Notes: generated by a model from the letters alone, not told the origin. Positions 1 to 8,400 are shown, numbered from the stretch's first letter. The stretch is 64,000 bases of DNA from Bdellovibrionia bacterium (GCA_030424715.1 JAUHWH010000003.1:260148-324147), one strand, 5' to 3'. Numbers and translations: made by a program.

Positions 1-1
1 T

Positions 2-649
2 AGAAACAGTGTTCAGGAGCAAGGCGGAAAAGTCTCTTACACGGCTTACGGCTACCACGGCACTGAGATTTTAGTCGACGGCCAATACCGTTGGCAGACC
101 TACACCCCGTACTTTCAGGGCTGGGCCAAGATGGAACTTGAGAACCACAGTAAGGCTTTTGCCAAGCAAGGGATTTCCTGCTGCGTCTACAATTGTCCGG
201 AGATTCTCACCAACTCATCGAGCATTTTTCAAGGAGTAGAAGTTTCGCTTTACCCTCTGTTGGGTGCTATCCAAAAAGAAGGCGAGAATTCTAGTTACTG
301 CGAACAAGTCTTGAAACAATGCAAAAGCCTTATCAAAAACGAACACAGCTTTGCGGAGATCATGGCATTCACCAAAGACTACGTGAAACACCCTCTTACC
401 ACCTCTCACAGTCTGTTTGAGGAGTGGCCACAACACAACTCGAAAGACCAAATGGCTTATATGCTAGATTCATCAGAACACCTGATTGCCATGCATAAAG
501 ACCCCAAAGAGCTTATGACCTTCCCTCTTTCGGAAGAAGTCTTTAAAGCCACGGGCCAAGTGATGCTTCACGATGCTTGGAACCCGACAGCACCCGTGCT
601 TTGGCTCAATCACGATATTGTTGCCAAGTCCATGGCCGCTCGGGGATGA
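2..649 (+). CDS. hypothetical protein, probably 5'-truncated by the window edge
   Basis: The frame is open from nt 2 with no stop before the listed ATG at 131 (...GKVSYTAYGYHGTEILVDGQYRWQTYTPYFQGWAK-MELENH...). The TGA at 647-649 overlaps the next gene's ATG (ATGA). No family recognised. Confidence 0.6.
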   Translation, partial: RNSVQEQGGKVSYTAYGYHGTEILVDGQYRWQTYTPYFQGWAKMELENHSKAFAKQGISCCVYNCPEILTNSSSIFQGVEVSLYPLLGAIQKEGENSSYCEQVLKQCKSLIKNEHSFAEIMAFTKDYVKHPLTTSHSLFEEWPQHNSKDQMAYMLDSSEHLIAMHKDPKELMTFPLSEEVFKATGQVMLHDAWNPTAPVLWLNHDIVAKSMAARG

Positions 650-1491
650 GCCTACTTAAAGGACTCCCCTGGAACTATCAAGACTTAGACTTTAAAGGCT
701 ACAGCATTGCGGGGCAAACCACCTCGCTGATGTTTAACAACCCAAAGATCTGCTTTGATATCGGCCAAGGACTGCCCTTTCATATGAATGCAAAACTTTA
801 CTGCCTGACCCACTTGCATGCGGATCATGGTGCGGGTTTAAATTACGTTCTCTCACAGCGCTCCCTGTTTCGACTCCCGCAAGTAAATATTATGTTACCC
901 AAATCTGTAATTGATTCTGCGGATCGTATTTTAAAAGAGTGGATGAAAATCGAAGGCTTTGAGTACTCTTACAATCTGATCGGTGTTGACGCCGGCACCA
1001 CTTTTGATTTCTCTGAGAAGTACCGGGTCATGGCCTTTCCGACCACTCACCGGGTGTCCTCTTTTGGCTACTTGGTTTACGAGAAAAAAAAGAAACTCAA
1101 AGCGGAATTCCAAAACTGTAGTCGAGGTGAGCTTATCAAAGCCAAGTCTCAGGGTGTGAACATTGAAGAACCTGTGATGGTGCCCCTAGTGGCCTTTACC
1201 GGAGACACTCAAATAGAGTTCATTGACAGCCACCCTGACGTGAGAAGAGCCAAGGTTTTGTTTATGGAATGCACTTATCTCGATAGCAAAAAATCGGTGG
1301 CGGAAACTCGCAAATGGGGCCATCTGCATCTCGATGAATTTGTTGAAAACCTCACCAAATTTGAAAACGAGCACATCTCTCTTATTCACCTCTCGGCCCG
1401 CTATTCAAGCCCCGAAGCCGCCGAAATTCTCAAAGACCGTTTACCGCCAGTAATGCTCGAGCGACTCTCGGTTTTTCCTCGTCCTTTTTAG
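646..1491 (+). CDS. MBL-fold metallo-hydrolase, RNase Z-like
   Basis: Carries the HxHxDH motif (LTHLHADHGAG) and a later TTH plus C-terminal GHLH, typical of the beta-lactamase fold / RNase Z family. I chose the ATG at 646 (MSLLKGLPW...), which overlaps the upstream stop as ATGA, over the listed 577 start. Confidence 0.8.
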   Translation: MSLLKGLPWNYQDLDFKGYSIAGQTTSLMFNNPKICFDIGQGLPFHMNAKLYCLTHLHADHGAGLNYVLSQRSLFRLPQVNIMLPKSVIDSADRILKEWMKIEGFEYSYNLIGVDAGTTFDFSEKYRVMAFPTTHRVSSFGYLVYEKKKKLKAEFQNCSRGELIKAKSQGVNIEEPVMVPLVAFTGDTQIEFIDSHPDVRRAKVLFMECTYLDSKKSVAETRKWGHLHLDEFVENLTKFENEHISLIHLSARYSSPEAAEILKDRLPPVMLERLSVFPRPF

Positions 1492-1640
1492 TTTTTTAAT
1501 AATACGGAGCTTCTGAAGCCCCCGGTGCCTAAAACTAAGACAGTCCATGTGGGTTCTTTCTATCATTAGGTGCCAGCCTGTGGATAAGTGAGCCAATTAA
1601 TCACATTGTCTTCGTGAGCGCAGCGAAGGATCTTAAACTT

Positions 1641-1681
1641 AAAGAACGTACCGGTCGTCCTGAGGATCTATCTTGAAGGAT
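1641..1681 (+). repeat. left arm of an imperfect inverted repeat (blocks AAAGAACG / GTCCTGA / GAAGGAT)
   Basis: Three colinear blocks (1641-1648, 1657-1663, 1675-1681) recur in reverse complement at 2678-2714 with spacings differing by 2 nt. A further GCGAAGGATCTT half-copy lies at 1623-1634. Confidence 0.45.
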
Positions 1682-1742
1682 GGCCAATAACTATAACAGA
1701 CCATGCTACTAGCTTAGAAGATGTTATTTGCAATGGGAAAAA

Positions 1743-1769
1743 AAAGGCTGTGTTTAACACAGCCTTTTT
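1743..1769. terminator. bidirectional rho-independent terminator
   Basis: Stem AAAGGCTGTG (1743-1752), loop TTTAA, stem CACAGCCTTT (1758-1767). It is preceded by an A-run and followed by a T-run, and sits between convergent genes ending at 1491 (+) and 1855 (-). Confidence 0.8.
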
Positions 1770-1854
1770 AATGAAAATAATTTTCAAACTCACTAATTAT
1801 CAAGATATGATTTATGCAACGTTAACGTTCATGAGCAAGAATTTTTTTGTAAGG

Positions 1855-2424
1855 TTAACACAATTCAGGGTAGAGCTGACAAATTGGAACAATTCCATCA
1901 GAGCTTCTATCGTCTGTTCTGATTACTCTATTTTCGTCTATATGATCACCTTGAGCTTCTTCACTAAATTTTCGAGTCGACATATAAGACGGCTCGTGTG
2001 CTGGCTCATCAGATTGGTAAAATTCAACTGAAGCCAAACCTTGCTCATTAATAGAAACTCTTACGATTATTAAGTAGCGGTTACAACCTGGCGAAGGGCA
2101 AATATCTGCAAAGTTTGACACTACGAATAGCATCATGTCCTGACTGATCTCGGCTAAATCACTGCGATCTAATAATAATGTATCTGATTCTCCAACAAGT
2201 GCGTCTGGTAAGGTTACAGCCATTGAAATGTTCTTCGTTACTCTGGGGCTCAAAAAGTCTTCTGGGTGTAAAGGTGTTGCAGTTGTTTCAATAACATTTA
2301 CTTGAATGCTCACTCCACTGTCTGTAACGTAAAGCCCTTCAGCTGCATCCATTTTATCTTGCCAAGATCCGAGAGCGTTAACACTCAACCCTAATATAAA
2401 TAATACCTTTAGAATAAAACCCAT
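1855..2424 (-). CDS. hypothetical secreted protein
   Basis: I chose the ATG at 2424, with AAGGAG 7 nt upstream. The N-terminus MGFILKVLFILGLSVNALG is a signal peptide. The protein has four Cys including the C-terminal residue. No family recognised. Confidence 0.65.
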   Translation of the reverse strand: MGFILKVLFILGLSVNALGSWQDKMDAAEGLYVTDSGVSIQVNVIETTATPLHPEDFLSPRVTKNISMAVTLPDALVGESDTLLLDRSDLAEISQDMMLFVVSNFADICPSPGCNRYLIIVRVSINEQGLASVEFYQSDEPAHEPSYMSTRKFSEEAQGDHIDENRVIRTDDRSSDGIVPICQLYPELC

Positions 2425-2677
2425 CTTTAATCTCCTTAATATGGTGACACTATCATACAAAAGGTATCGAAATTTAAAGAAACATGAATGCTGAAAAAAA
2501 AACAAACAGTGTCAAAAGTGTGTTCACTAAAATCTATTGATCAAAGGGAATACTTTACCTGACAGTGGCTCTCTTGCCAGCATGAAATTGATACACATAA
2601 ATAATATGTTTATTGATTAATCACACAGACTAGCGCCTGGGTTCTCTTGTGAGGAAGTCCCAATACTCACAGAACAG

Positions 2678-2714
2678 ATCCTTCTACTTCGCTTCAGGAC
2701 TACAGGCGTTCTTT
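2678..2714 (-). repeat. right arm of the imperfect inverted repeat
   Basis: The reverse complement reads AAAGAACG-6nt-GTCCTGA-9nt-GAAGGAT(CTG), matching 1641-1681. Together the arms bracket the 1855-2424 gene. Confidence 0.45.
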
Positions 2715-2983
2715 CATATTGATTTTACCAAATCAGACATAAGGGCAAAACTGGAATAAGCGCCAAACAATCCTGCTGAGCAAAAGGGCTTAGGAAATTT
2801 TGGAGTAAGTTTGGTTACCTTAGCTACAAATATATATTGAGTGGTTTCCAGTAGTTATCCACATTGCAACAAAAAGAAGAAAGAGCGGTCCATATGACCA
2901 AAACTCAGTCATTCCTGAAAATCTTTCTTGGTGCAACGAACGGCCTATGGATTTGAAGGGTTGAGATATACATTCTAGCTTCC

Positions 2984-4858
2984 ATGAAAGTTTTGTCTCA
3001 AACCACGGTTATTGCAATCGCCGCCATTTCACTAAACCTAACCGCTTCTCTGGCCACGGCTGAGGTGAGCTGTCATGAGGTTTTTCATCAAAACGAGGCT
3101 TCGCAAGCCAATCCAACTCCGTTGTTTCTTGCCAACCCTGCTGGCTCGAATATCGGCGCCACTAAAGGCAAAAAGAAAGACCCCTTCAAAGAGGAGTTTA
3201 AGGGATACCTTCGAGAGCAAGGGATTTCCAACACTGAAGCCACAGCACCTCGCTCTGGCGACCCCTACGCAGATTTCCTGACTCACCCTTTGCCGACGGC
3301 AAGAGCACTCTCTATTGTTGGTAAGGTCTCGAAAGAGGATGTTCGGCTGTTCAACAGCAATGCTTCTTCCTTCAAAGCCTTGGCCGCTTTTGAAAAAGAC
3401 TTAAAATTTTTTGAAGAAAAACTTTACATATACCTGATCACTAAAGCCTTTAAAACTCATGATCCGCTGAAACAGGAAAACATCGATTTATCTCATGATC
3501 GTCTTCACGAACTGGAAACTTTAGAAGCCCAACTCAAACCAATCAAACAGTCAATTTTGGAGAGTCGGAGCAAGAAAAAGGCCTATGCCGCTAAGATTGA
3601 GTTAATCAAAGCCCTCAAAGTCTACAGCGCCTTTCTTACAGACCTAACGGGAAAAGAGATCAATCTCCTTCGCCAAGACCACTTTCTGGAGTTTTTTGGT
3701 CTCTCGAAACGCAATGAAATCGCACACTTTCTTCAAACACTCGATAGGGAATTTAGCGACATCATTAACCGACAACGGAGGAGCAACAATGTCGAGCCTG
3801 TAGAGACGAGACATTTGTTTTATCGACTGATCGAATATTTTTTTGGAGAAGGGAACCGGCAGATATTCAACAAAAACGACCTAGGTGTTGTTTCTCGCAT
3901 CGCCGACAGCGCAGAGGCGATTCGACTCATAAAAGCCCTCCGATTGCCGGAAAAAGACGAAGCCTTGTTTTTGTCCGAAATTGCAGAAATTGCCGATCAA
4001 GTCGCTGGAAATAACTCAACGAAAATGGCCGTACAACATCTAATGAACGCCTTGGTGGTCATCAAAGCTTCGGAAGCCGTTTTTGGAAAAAGTGATTCCG
4101 TCTATATTCCTTTTTTGAAAAACAATCAGTTTGAACCCAAATCCTACCTTAGTATTAGAAGTATGATTGAGCACTCCGAACACGTCAGAGTGGTCACCGA
4201 GGCTAAGATCGCGAACTATTTGGACAAGACTGACTCGCACAATGCTCGTATTGCGGATATGGACGCATCACTCACTCGGATCAGTGAGCGCTCCACCTCG
4301 GATATCGAAAAACGAGTGACTGCTTTGCGCACCGAACTTCGAGAACTGGAGATCAAAGATTTTGATCGCAACCTTGATCGACGCAGTCAGGCCCTGCTGC
4401 TCCTCGAGATCAAGCTCGATCAACTGCGAGAAGACGTCGCCAAACGCACTCGTCGTGAGTCGATCAGCGATTTTTTTGAACTCAACAACCGCTGGCAACG
4501 ATTGATCCCAGAGAAGGCCTATCTTTTGGATGGCACCGACTACAAAGCCGTCACCTTCTCAGACGACGTGATCGCCTTTTTTGACAACAATCCCCTACTG
4601 GGTGCGCGCTATTTGGCGACTCTTGGAAAAAACCGCTACGTGGCTGTGAAGAAACAATCGGGGCTGCGTCGGCTCCCCAGTATCCATCCTGACTTTCGAG
4701 ATATTAAAGTGATTCGAAGTCACGGTAAAATCCGAATCATCGGACGCCTGGTGGATGATACCCTCCACTTTTTTCACGTCTACAATTCTGACAAGCCCTA
4801 CGACAATAAGTCCATAGAGAGGATTGTAGAGCAGTTCTCCCCCGGCGCCACACAGTAG
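2984..4858 (+). CDS. secreted, largely alpha-helical / coiled-coil protein of unknown function with a small C-terminal RelE/ParE-like module
   Basis: Signal peptide MKVLSQTTVIAIAAISLNLTASLATA, followed by EVSCHEVF. Long heptad-like helical stretches follow (e.g. RVTALRTELRELEIKDFDRNLDRRSQALLLLEIKLDQLREDV). For the C-terminal ~100 aa see findings. Confidence 0.8.
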   Translation: MKVLSQTTVIAIAAISLNLTASLATAEVSCHEVFHQNEASQANPTPLFLANPAGSNIGATKGKKKDPFKEEFKGYLREQGISNTEATAPRSGDPYADFLTHPLPTARALSIVGKVSKEDVRLFNSNASSFKALAAFEKDLKFFEEKLYIYLITKAFKTHDPLKQENIDLSHDRLHELETLEAQLKPIKQSILESRSKKKAYAAKIELIKALKVYSAFLTDLTGKEINLLRQDHFLEFFGLSKRNEIAHFLQTLDREFSDIINRQRRSNNVEPVETRHLFYRLIEYFFGEGNRQIFNKNDLGVVSRIADSAEAIRLIKALRLPEKDEALFLSEIAEIADQVAGNNSTKMAVQHLMNALVVIKASEAVFGKSDSVYIPFLKNNQFEPKSYLSIRSMIEHSEHVRVVTEAKIANYLDKTDSHNARIADMDASLTRISERSTSDIEKRVTALRTELRELEIKDFDRNLDRRSQALLLLEIKLDQLREDVAKRTRRESISDFFELNNRWQRLIPEKAYLLDGTDYKAVTFSDDVIAFFDNNPLLGARYLATLGKNRYVAVKKQSGLRRLPSIHPDFRDIKVIRSHGKIRIIGRLVDDTLHFFHVYNSDKPYDNKSIERIVEQFSPGATQ

Positions 4859-4964
4859 AGCTCAGTAGAGCTCTACTGCCACCGCAAAGCAGGGCTCACT
4901 GGAGTTCTCTGGTCCATCTCTAGTCGAGCTCCTCGAAGATTTTCAGCCCTTCTTTAAACGATGT

Positions 4965-6371
4965 TTATTGCTCCATCGAACGCATTTTGTATCGTTTGGC
5001 CATAAAAGCAAAAATTACGCTCACGCCAAACATCAAGACCGCAAAAAACATAAAAAAGTTGCCGCTAACAGAGTTGGCTGAAGAGGTGTCGATAAACTTA
5101 GAGGCCACCGCCACAATAACGTTACCAAGAAATGTGGTGAGCATCCAAAAACTCATGATGGTGGACTTCATACTTTTTGGGGCTTGGGTGTAAGCGAACT
5201 CCAAACCAGTGATCGAAATCAGGACCTCAGCGATAGTGATCGTTAAATACGGGAAGAACTGCCAAAGGATGCTCAAGCGCTCGGCCTGCTCAACCCCCGC
5301 ACTAATCTGACCTTCGATAATATACTGAATGATAGCAATCTGAACAAAAGAAAACCCGGCAATCACCATACCTGTGGCCATCCGGCGCAAAGGGGTAAAG
5401 TCCACCATCTTTTGCATCGTAGGATACACGAAGAACACAAAAATAGGGATCAAAGCCATAACCATCCAGGGGTTCAAGGCTTGAATGGCTGAAGGCTTAA
5501 GCTCGACTCCATAGACCATGGAGTTCATTTGCATCGCCTGCAGAACCCATGTGGAACCGTGCTGATCAAAAAGTGCCCAGAACACAGGAACCGCAGTAAA
5601 GAAAATGGACATGATCGCAATCACAGAGCGCACCGCCGTGATCACCTCAGGAGAGTGATCTTGCAAAGCGCCGTCGAGAAACTTCACACCCGGTTTTCGA
5701 TTTCTCAGGGCCGACATAAACACTCGGGGCAAAGAATCTGGGTTTTTACCAGTGGGAGGATTAATTTTGTATTGCTTTCTCCCCATCCAAAAAATAACGG
5801 TGGCAATAGCCATAAGGACGCCAGGGATTCCAAACGCCACGGCGGGGCCAAAGTAACCTAACAGATAAGGGGTCATCAAAGAGGACGTCGCCGAACCCAA
5901 ATTGATGATCCAGTAAAACATATTATAAAAACGTGAAATTCCCAATTTATTGGAGGGATGAAATTGATCGCCTCCGAAGGCCGAAACACAGGGTTTGATT
6001 CCGCCAGAGCCGATGGCAATCAAACCAAGCCCCCAGTACAAGCCCAGCTCTGTTTCAAACAAAGCAATCACACCGTGACCCAAACAGTAAACGATAGACA
6101 GCCAAAGAATGACATGAAATTTACCAAAAAAACGGTCGGCCAGGTAGGCCCCAGCCAATGGTGTGAGGTAACAAGCCGCCACAAAGTAGTGATAGACTTC
6201 GGTTGCCACGTTGCCCTGGATGGCCAAGTACTGAACCATAAAGACTGTAAGGATCGTTCTCATACCGTAGAAGCTAAAACGTTCACAACCCTCGTTACCA
6301 ATCAAATATTTGATCTGAGGAGGAAACTTTCCTTGTTGTTCGACTGCGACCTGATTCATATTATACCCCAT
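4965..6371 (-). CDS. proton-dependent oligopeptide transporter (POT/PTR2 family)
   Basis: Carries the PTR2 signature region GNEGCERFSFYGMRTILTVFM...YLADRFFGKF and is polytopic. The start could also be the ATG at 6359. Confidence 0.9.
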   Translation of the reverse strand: MGYNMNQVAVEQQGKFPPQIKYLIGNEGCERFSFYGMRTILTVFMVQYLAIQGNVATEVYHYFVAACYLTPLAGAYLADRFFGKFHVILWLSIVYCLGHGVIALFETELGLYWGLGLIAIGSGGIKPCVSAFGGDQFHPSNKLGISRFYNMFYWIINLGSATSSLMTPYLLGYFGPAVAFGIPGVLMAIATVIFWMGRKQYKINPPTGKNPDSLPRVFMSALRNRKPGVKFLDGALQDHSPEVITAVRSVIAIMSIFFTAVPVFWALFDQHGSTWVLQAMQMNSMVYGVELKPSAIQALNPWMVMALIPIFVFFVYPTMQKMVDFTPLRRMATGMVIAGFSFVQIAIIQYIIEGQISAGVEQAERLSILWQFFPYLTITIAEVLISITGLEFAYTQAPKSMKSTIMSFWMLTTFLGNVIVAVASKFIDTSSANSVSGNFFMFFAVLMFGVSVIFAFMAKRYKMRSMEQ

Positions 6372-7713
6372 GCCCCACGGCCTTTTTCAATGGCCGTTCC
6401 ATTAAGAAAATTGCAACGCCAAGGGACAGTCCCAAGACAATCATCAAACCAAAAAACTCGGACTTTGCCCAATCGGCGGCCGAATAGTAAGTCCCAAGAT
6501 AGCCACCAAAAAAGTTGCCACCGGCCATTGAGAAAAACCACCAGCCCATCAGAAGCCCCACATAGCGCGCCGGCGCCACTTTAGTGACCATGGACAAACC
6601 AATAGGAGAGAAACACAGCTCACCGATTGTCACTATAAACATGGTCGGTAAGAACCAAAGAAAACTCATCTTGGTCTCTGGCGTAAAACCTATCGTGGGA
6701 ATCACTAGAAAAATAAAGCCGACGCCAAGGAGAATGGCTCCTAAAGACATCTTTTTTATACTAGAGGGCTGTCGTTTGCCCATCTTATCCCATAGGCGCA
6801 TCATGGCTGTGGCCAGTAGGACAATGAACAAAGGGTTGATCACTTGCAGCCAAGTCGATGGCATGGTGAAAAGTCCGCCGACGCTCCAGTCGGTGTTGTT
6901 AGTGGAGAGCTGTTGCATGGTGTTGCCCTGCTGCTCAAACACACCCCAGAAAATAATGTTGGAAACACTAAGTACGATAATACCAATGATGGCCTTCCAT
7001 TGCGCTTTGGTCAAAGGCGCTTGATCGGCCGCATTGGTGTCAGCCTTGTGCCGCGCTTGACTGTCAGCCAAATATTTTTGACCCCAAACATACACAGCCA
7101 AACCAAACCCCATTCCAATACCAGCAGCGGTGAACCCGTAGTGCCAGCCATAGACTTCGCCGAGAGTTCCACAAACCAGACCGGAGAAAATAGCTCCGAG
7201 ATTGATACCCATATAAAAGATAGTAAAAGCACCATCACGACGAGGATCACCCTCTGGATACAGATCACCCACCTGAGTGGAGATGTTGGGTTTGAAGGCT
7301 CCGTTACCAAAAATTAAAAACACCAGGGCAATTAAGAAGACCGACTCAAAGGCCATTAAGAAATGACCGATCATCATTAAAACACCACCAATCAAGATCG
7401 CCTTCTTTTGGCCCAGGAACCGATCGGCAATGAAGCCACCAGCCAGTGGAGTACAATAGACTAAGAAAGTATAAAGCCCATAAACCAAGGAAGCCAGTTG
7501 CTCCACGTTTTGATCAGGAAACAGCCCCTCGATAAAGGTGAAACCATAAATGGTGGAACCACCACGGGCATGAACAATCAGCTCTTTGGACATATAGAGA
7601 ATCAACAGGGCACGCATCCCGTAGTAGGAAAAACGCTCCCACATTTCGGTGAGAAATAAAATGAAAAGGCCAATGGGATGACCGAACAAAGTTTTTTCGC
7701 TTGCTGTTGTCAT
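6361..7713 (-). CDS. proton-dependent di/tripeptide transporter (POT family, DtpT-like)
   Basis: Motifs LFGHPIGLFILFLTEMWERFSYYGMRALLILYM and GGFIADRFLGQKK. It is a tandem paralogue of the downstream gene, and its stop overlaps the next start by 11 nt. Confidence 0.9.
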   Translation of the reverse strand: MTTASEKTLFGHPIGLFILFLTEMWERFSYYGMRALLILYMSKELIVHARGGSTIYGFTFIEGLFPDQNVEQLASLVYGLYTFLVYCTPLAGGFIADRFLGQKKAILIGGVLMMIGHFLMAFESVFLIALVFLIFGNGAFKPNISTQVGDLYPEGDPRRDGAFTIFYMGINLGAIFSGLVCGTLGEVYGWHYGFTAAGIGMGFGLAVYVWGQKYLADSQARHKADTNAADQAPLTKAQWKAIIGIIVLSVSNIIFWGVFEQQGNTMQQLSTNNTDWSVGGLFTMPSTWLQVINPLFIVLLATAMMRLWDKMGKRQPSSIKKMSLGAILLGVGFIFLVIPTIGFTPETKMSFLWFLPTMFIVTIGELCFSPIGLSMVTKVAPARYVGLLMGWWFFSMAGGNFFGGYLGTYYSAADWAKSEFFGLMIVLGLSLGVAIFLMERPLKKAVGHGV

Positions 7714-7943
7714 GATTCTCTCTTTTTATTGTTAAAGAAGTGTTTCTACCCTTGTGGCATCGGAGAATCCAGGGTTTCAAACTGCGTCAATCCCATAAAT
7801 GCTTGATTTTCTTACCAGAAAAACCGACGGGAGCCTTTCGCCTTCAACCATTACAGTGACAAATAATGTAATTCTTTCAGTAACTTACAAGACTTCTCTA
7901 GGGCTGTTCTCGACTTTTACAAAAGAACGAAGGCTCTATTACG

Positions 7944-7969
7944 AAAAAAGCCTGCTTACAAAGCAGGCT
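7944..7969 (-). terminator. rho-independent terminator of the histone-like gene
   Basis: Perfect 9-bp stem AGCCTGCTT (7949-7957) / AAGCAGGCT (7961-7969) with a 3-nt loop. The A-run at 7944-7949 is a U-run on the minus strand. The terminator lies 38 nt past the stop at 8007. Confidence 0.8.
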
Positions 7970-8006
7970 TACTGAAATCAGGGTGTTTTCTAGTTTCGAA
8001 AGCCTT

Positions 8007-8246
8007 TTAAGCCATGAAATCGTGGGCACGCACGGTTTTACGGCCGTTGCTTTTAGCTCGAGTGGCTGCTTGCGAAACGTACCACTGAAGAACATTGTTT
8101 GCTCCCTCAAGAGCATCGGCGGCAACATTGACGCCTTCGGCTTTCAAAGCTTCTTTAAACTTGCTTTGCACAATAAGAACTTCGCCTTTCTTTTTCGCTG
8201 TCGCTCTTTTTTTTGTCGCTACTTTTTTCTTTTTCTTTTTCGCCAT
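8007..8246 (-). CDS. bacterial histone-fold protein (Bd0055-like) with lysine-rich N-terminal tail
   Basis: ATG at 8246 with AGGAG 7 nt upstream. The C-terminal 59 aa (EVLIVQSKFKEALKAEG...AATRAKSNGRKTVRAHDF) resemble the Bdellovibrio histone Bd0055 as I recall it. The N-terminus is MAKKKKKKVATKKRATAKKK. Confidence 0.8.
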   Translation of the reverse strand: MAKKKKKKVATKKRATAKKKGEVLIVQSKFKEALKAEGVNVAADALEGANNVLQWYVSQAATRAKSNGRKTVRAHDFMA

Positions 8247-8291
8247 CGTTATCTCCTTGTTGAACATGAACTGTAAGACGTCCGACGATAG

Positions 8292-8319
8292 TGGTTGATA
8301 ACAAAAGTTTTATCAACCA
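8292..8319. promoter_or_regulatory. perfect 10-bp inverted repeat (TGGTTGATAA-N8-TTATCAACCA) between lpdA and the histone gene
   Basis: Read directly from the sequence. It lies 46 nt upstream of the histone ATG and 82 nt downstream of the lpdA stop. No U-run follows on the minus strand, so it is not a canonical terminator. It may be an operator or an RNA hairpin. Confidence 0.35.
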
Positions 8320-8400
8320 GAAACAAAATGACTCAAGTCACCAGGAGAGAGTGATTAGAAAGACAACAGGGGAAAGAAAAACTCTCTACCCTGTCAAGAG

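Noticed and set aside
1750-2031. 93-aa plus-strand ORF
   Set aside because: It starts inside the bidirectional terminator and runs antisense through the 3' end of the better-supported 1855-2424 gene. It has no RBS and a low-complexity hydrophobic translation.
1579-2863. Perfect DnaA-box 9-mers (TGTGGATAA at 1579-1587, TTATCCACA at 2855-2863, and a third at 37788-37796) suggesting oriC
   Set aside because: The boxes are isolated and more than 1 kb apart. There is no cluster, no obvious AT-rich unwinding element with 13-mer repeats, and no dnaA/dnaN/gidA context. About one such hit is expected by chance in 64 kb on both strands.
5529-7317. Several 100-210-aa plus-strand ORFs (5529-5861, 5958-6584, 6584-7024, 6844-7317)
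   Set aside because: They are antisense to the two POT transporter genes, whose family signatures are unambiguous. Their translations are Arg/Ser/Pro-rich shadows.
7514-8298. ORFs overlapping the histone gene region (7514-7780, 7898-8128, 7983-8276, 8095-8298) and the longer 8007-8267 start
   Set aside because: They have no RBS and are frame shadows of the A/T-rich Lys-coding tract. The AGGAG lies inside the first 7 codons of the long version, which favours the ATG at 8246.
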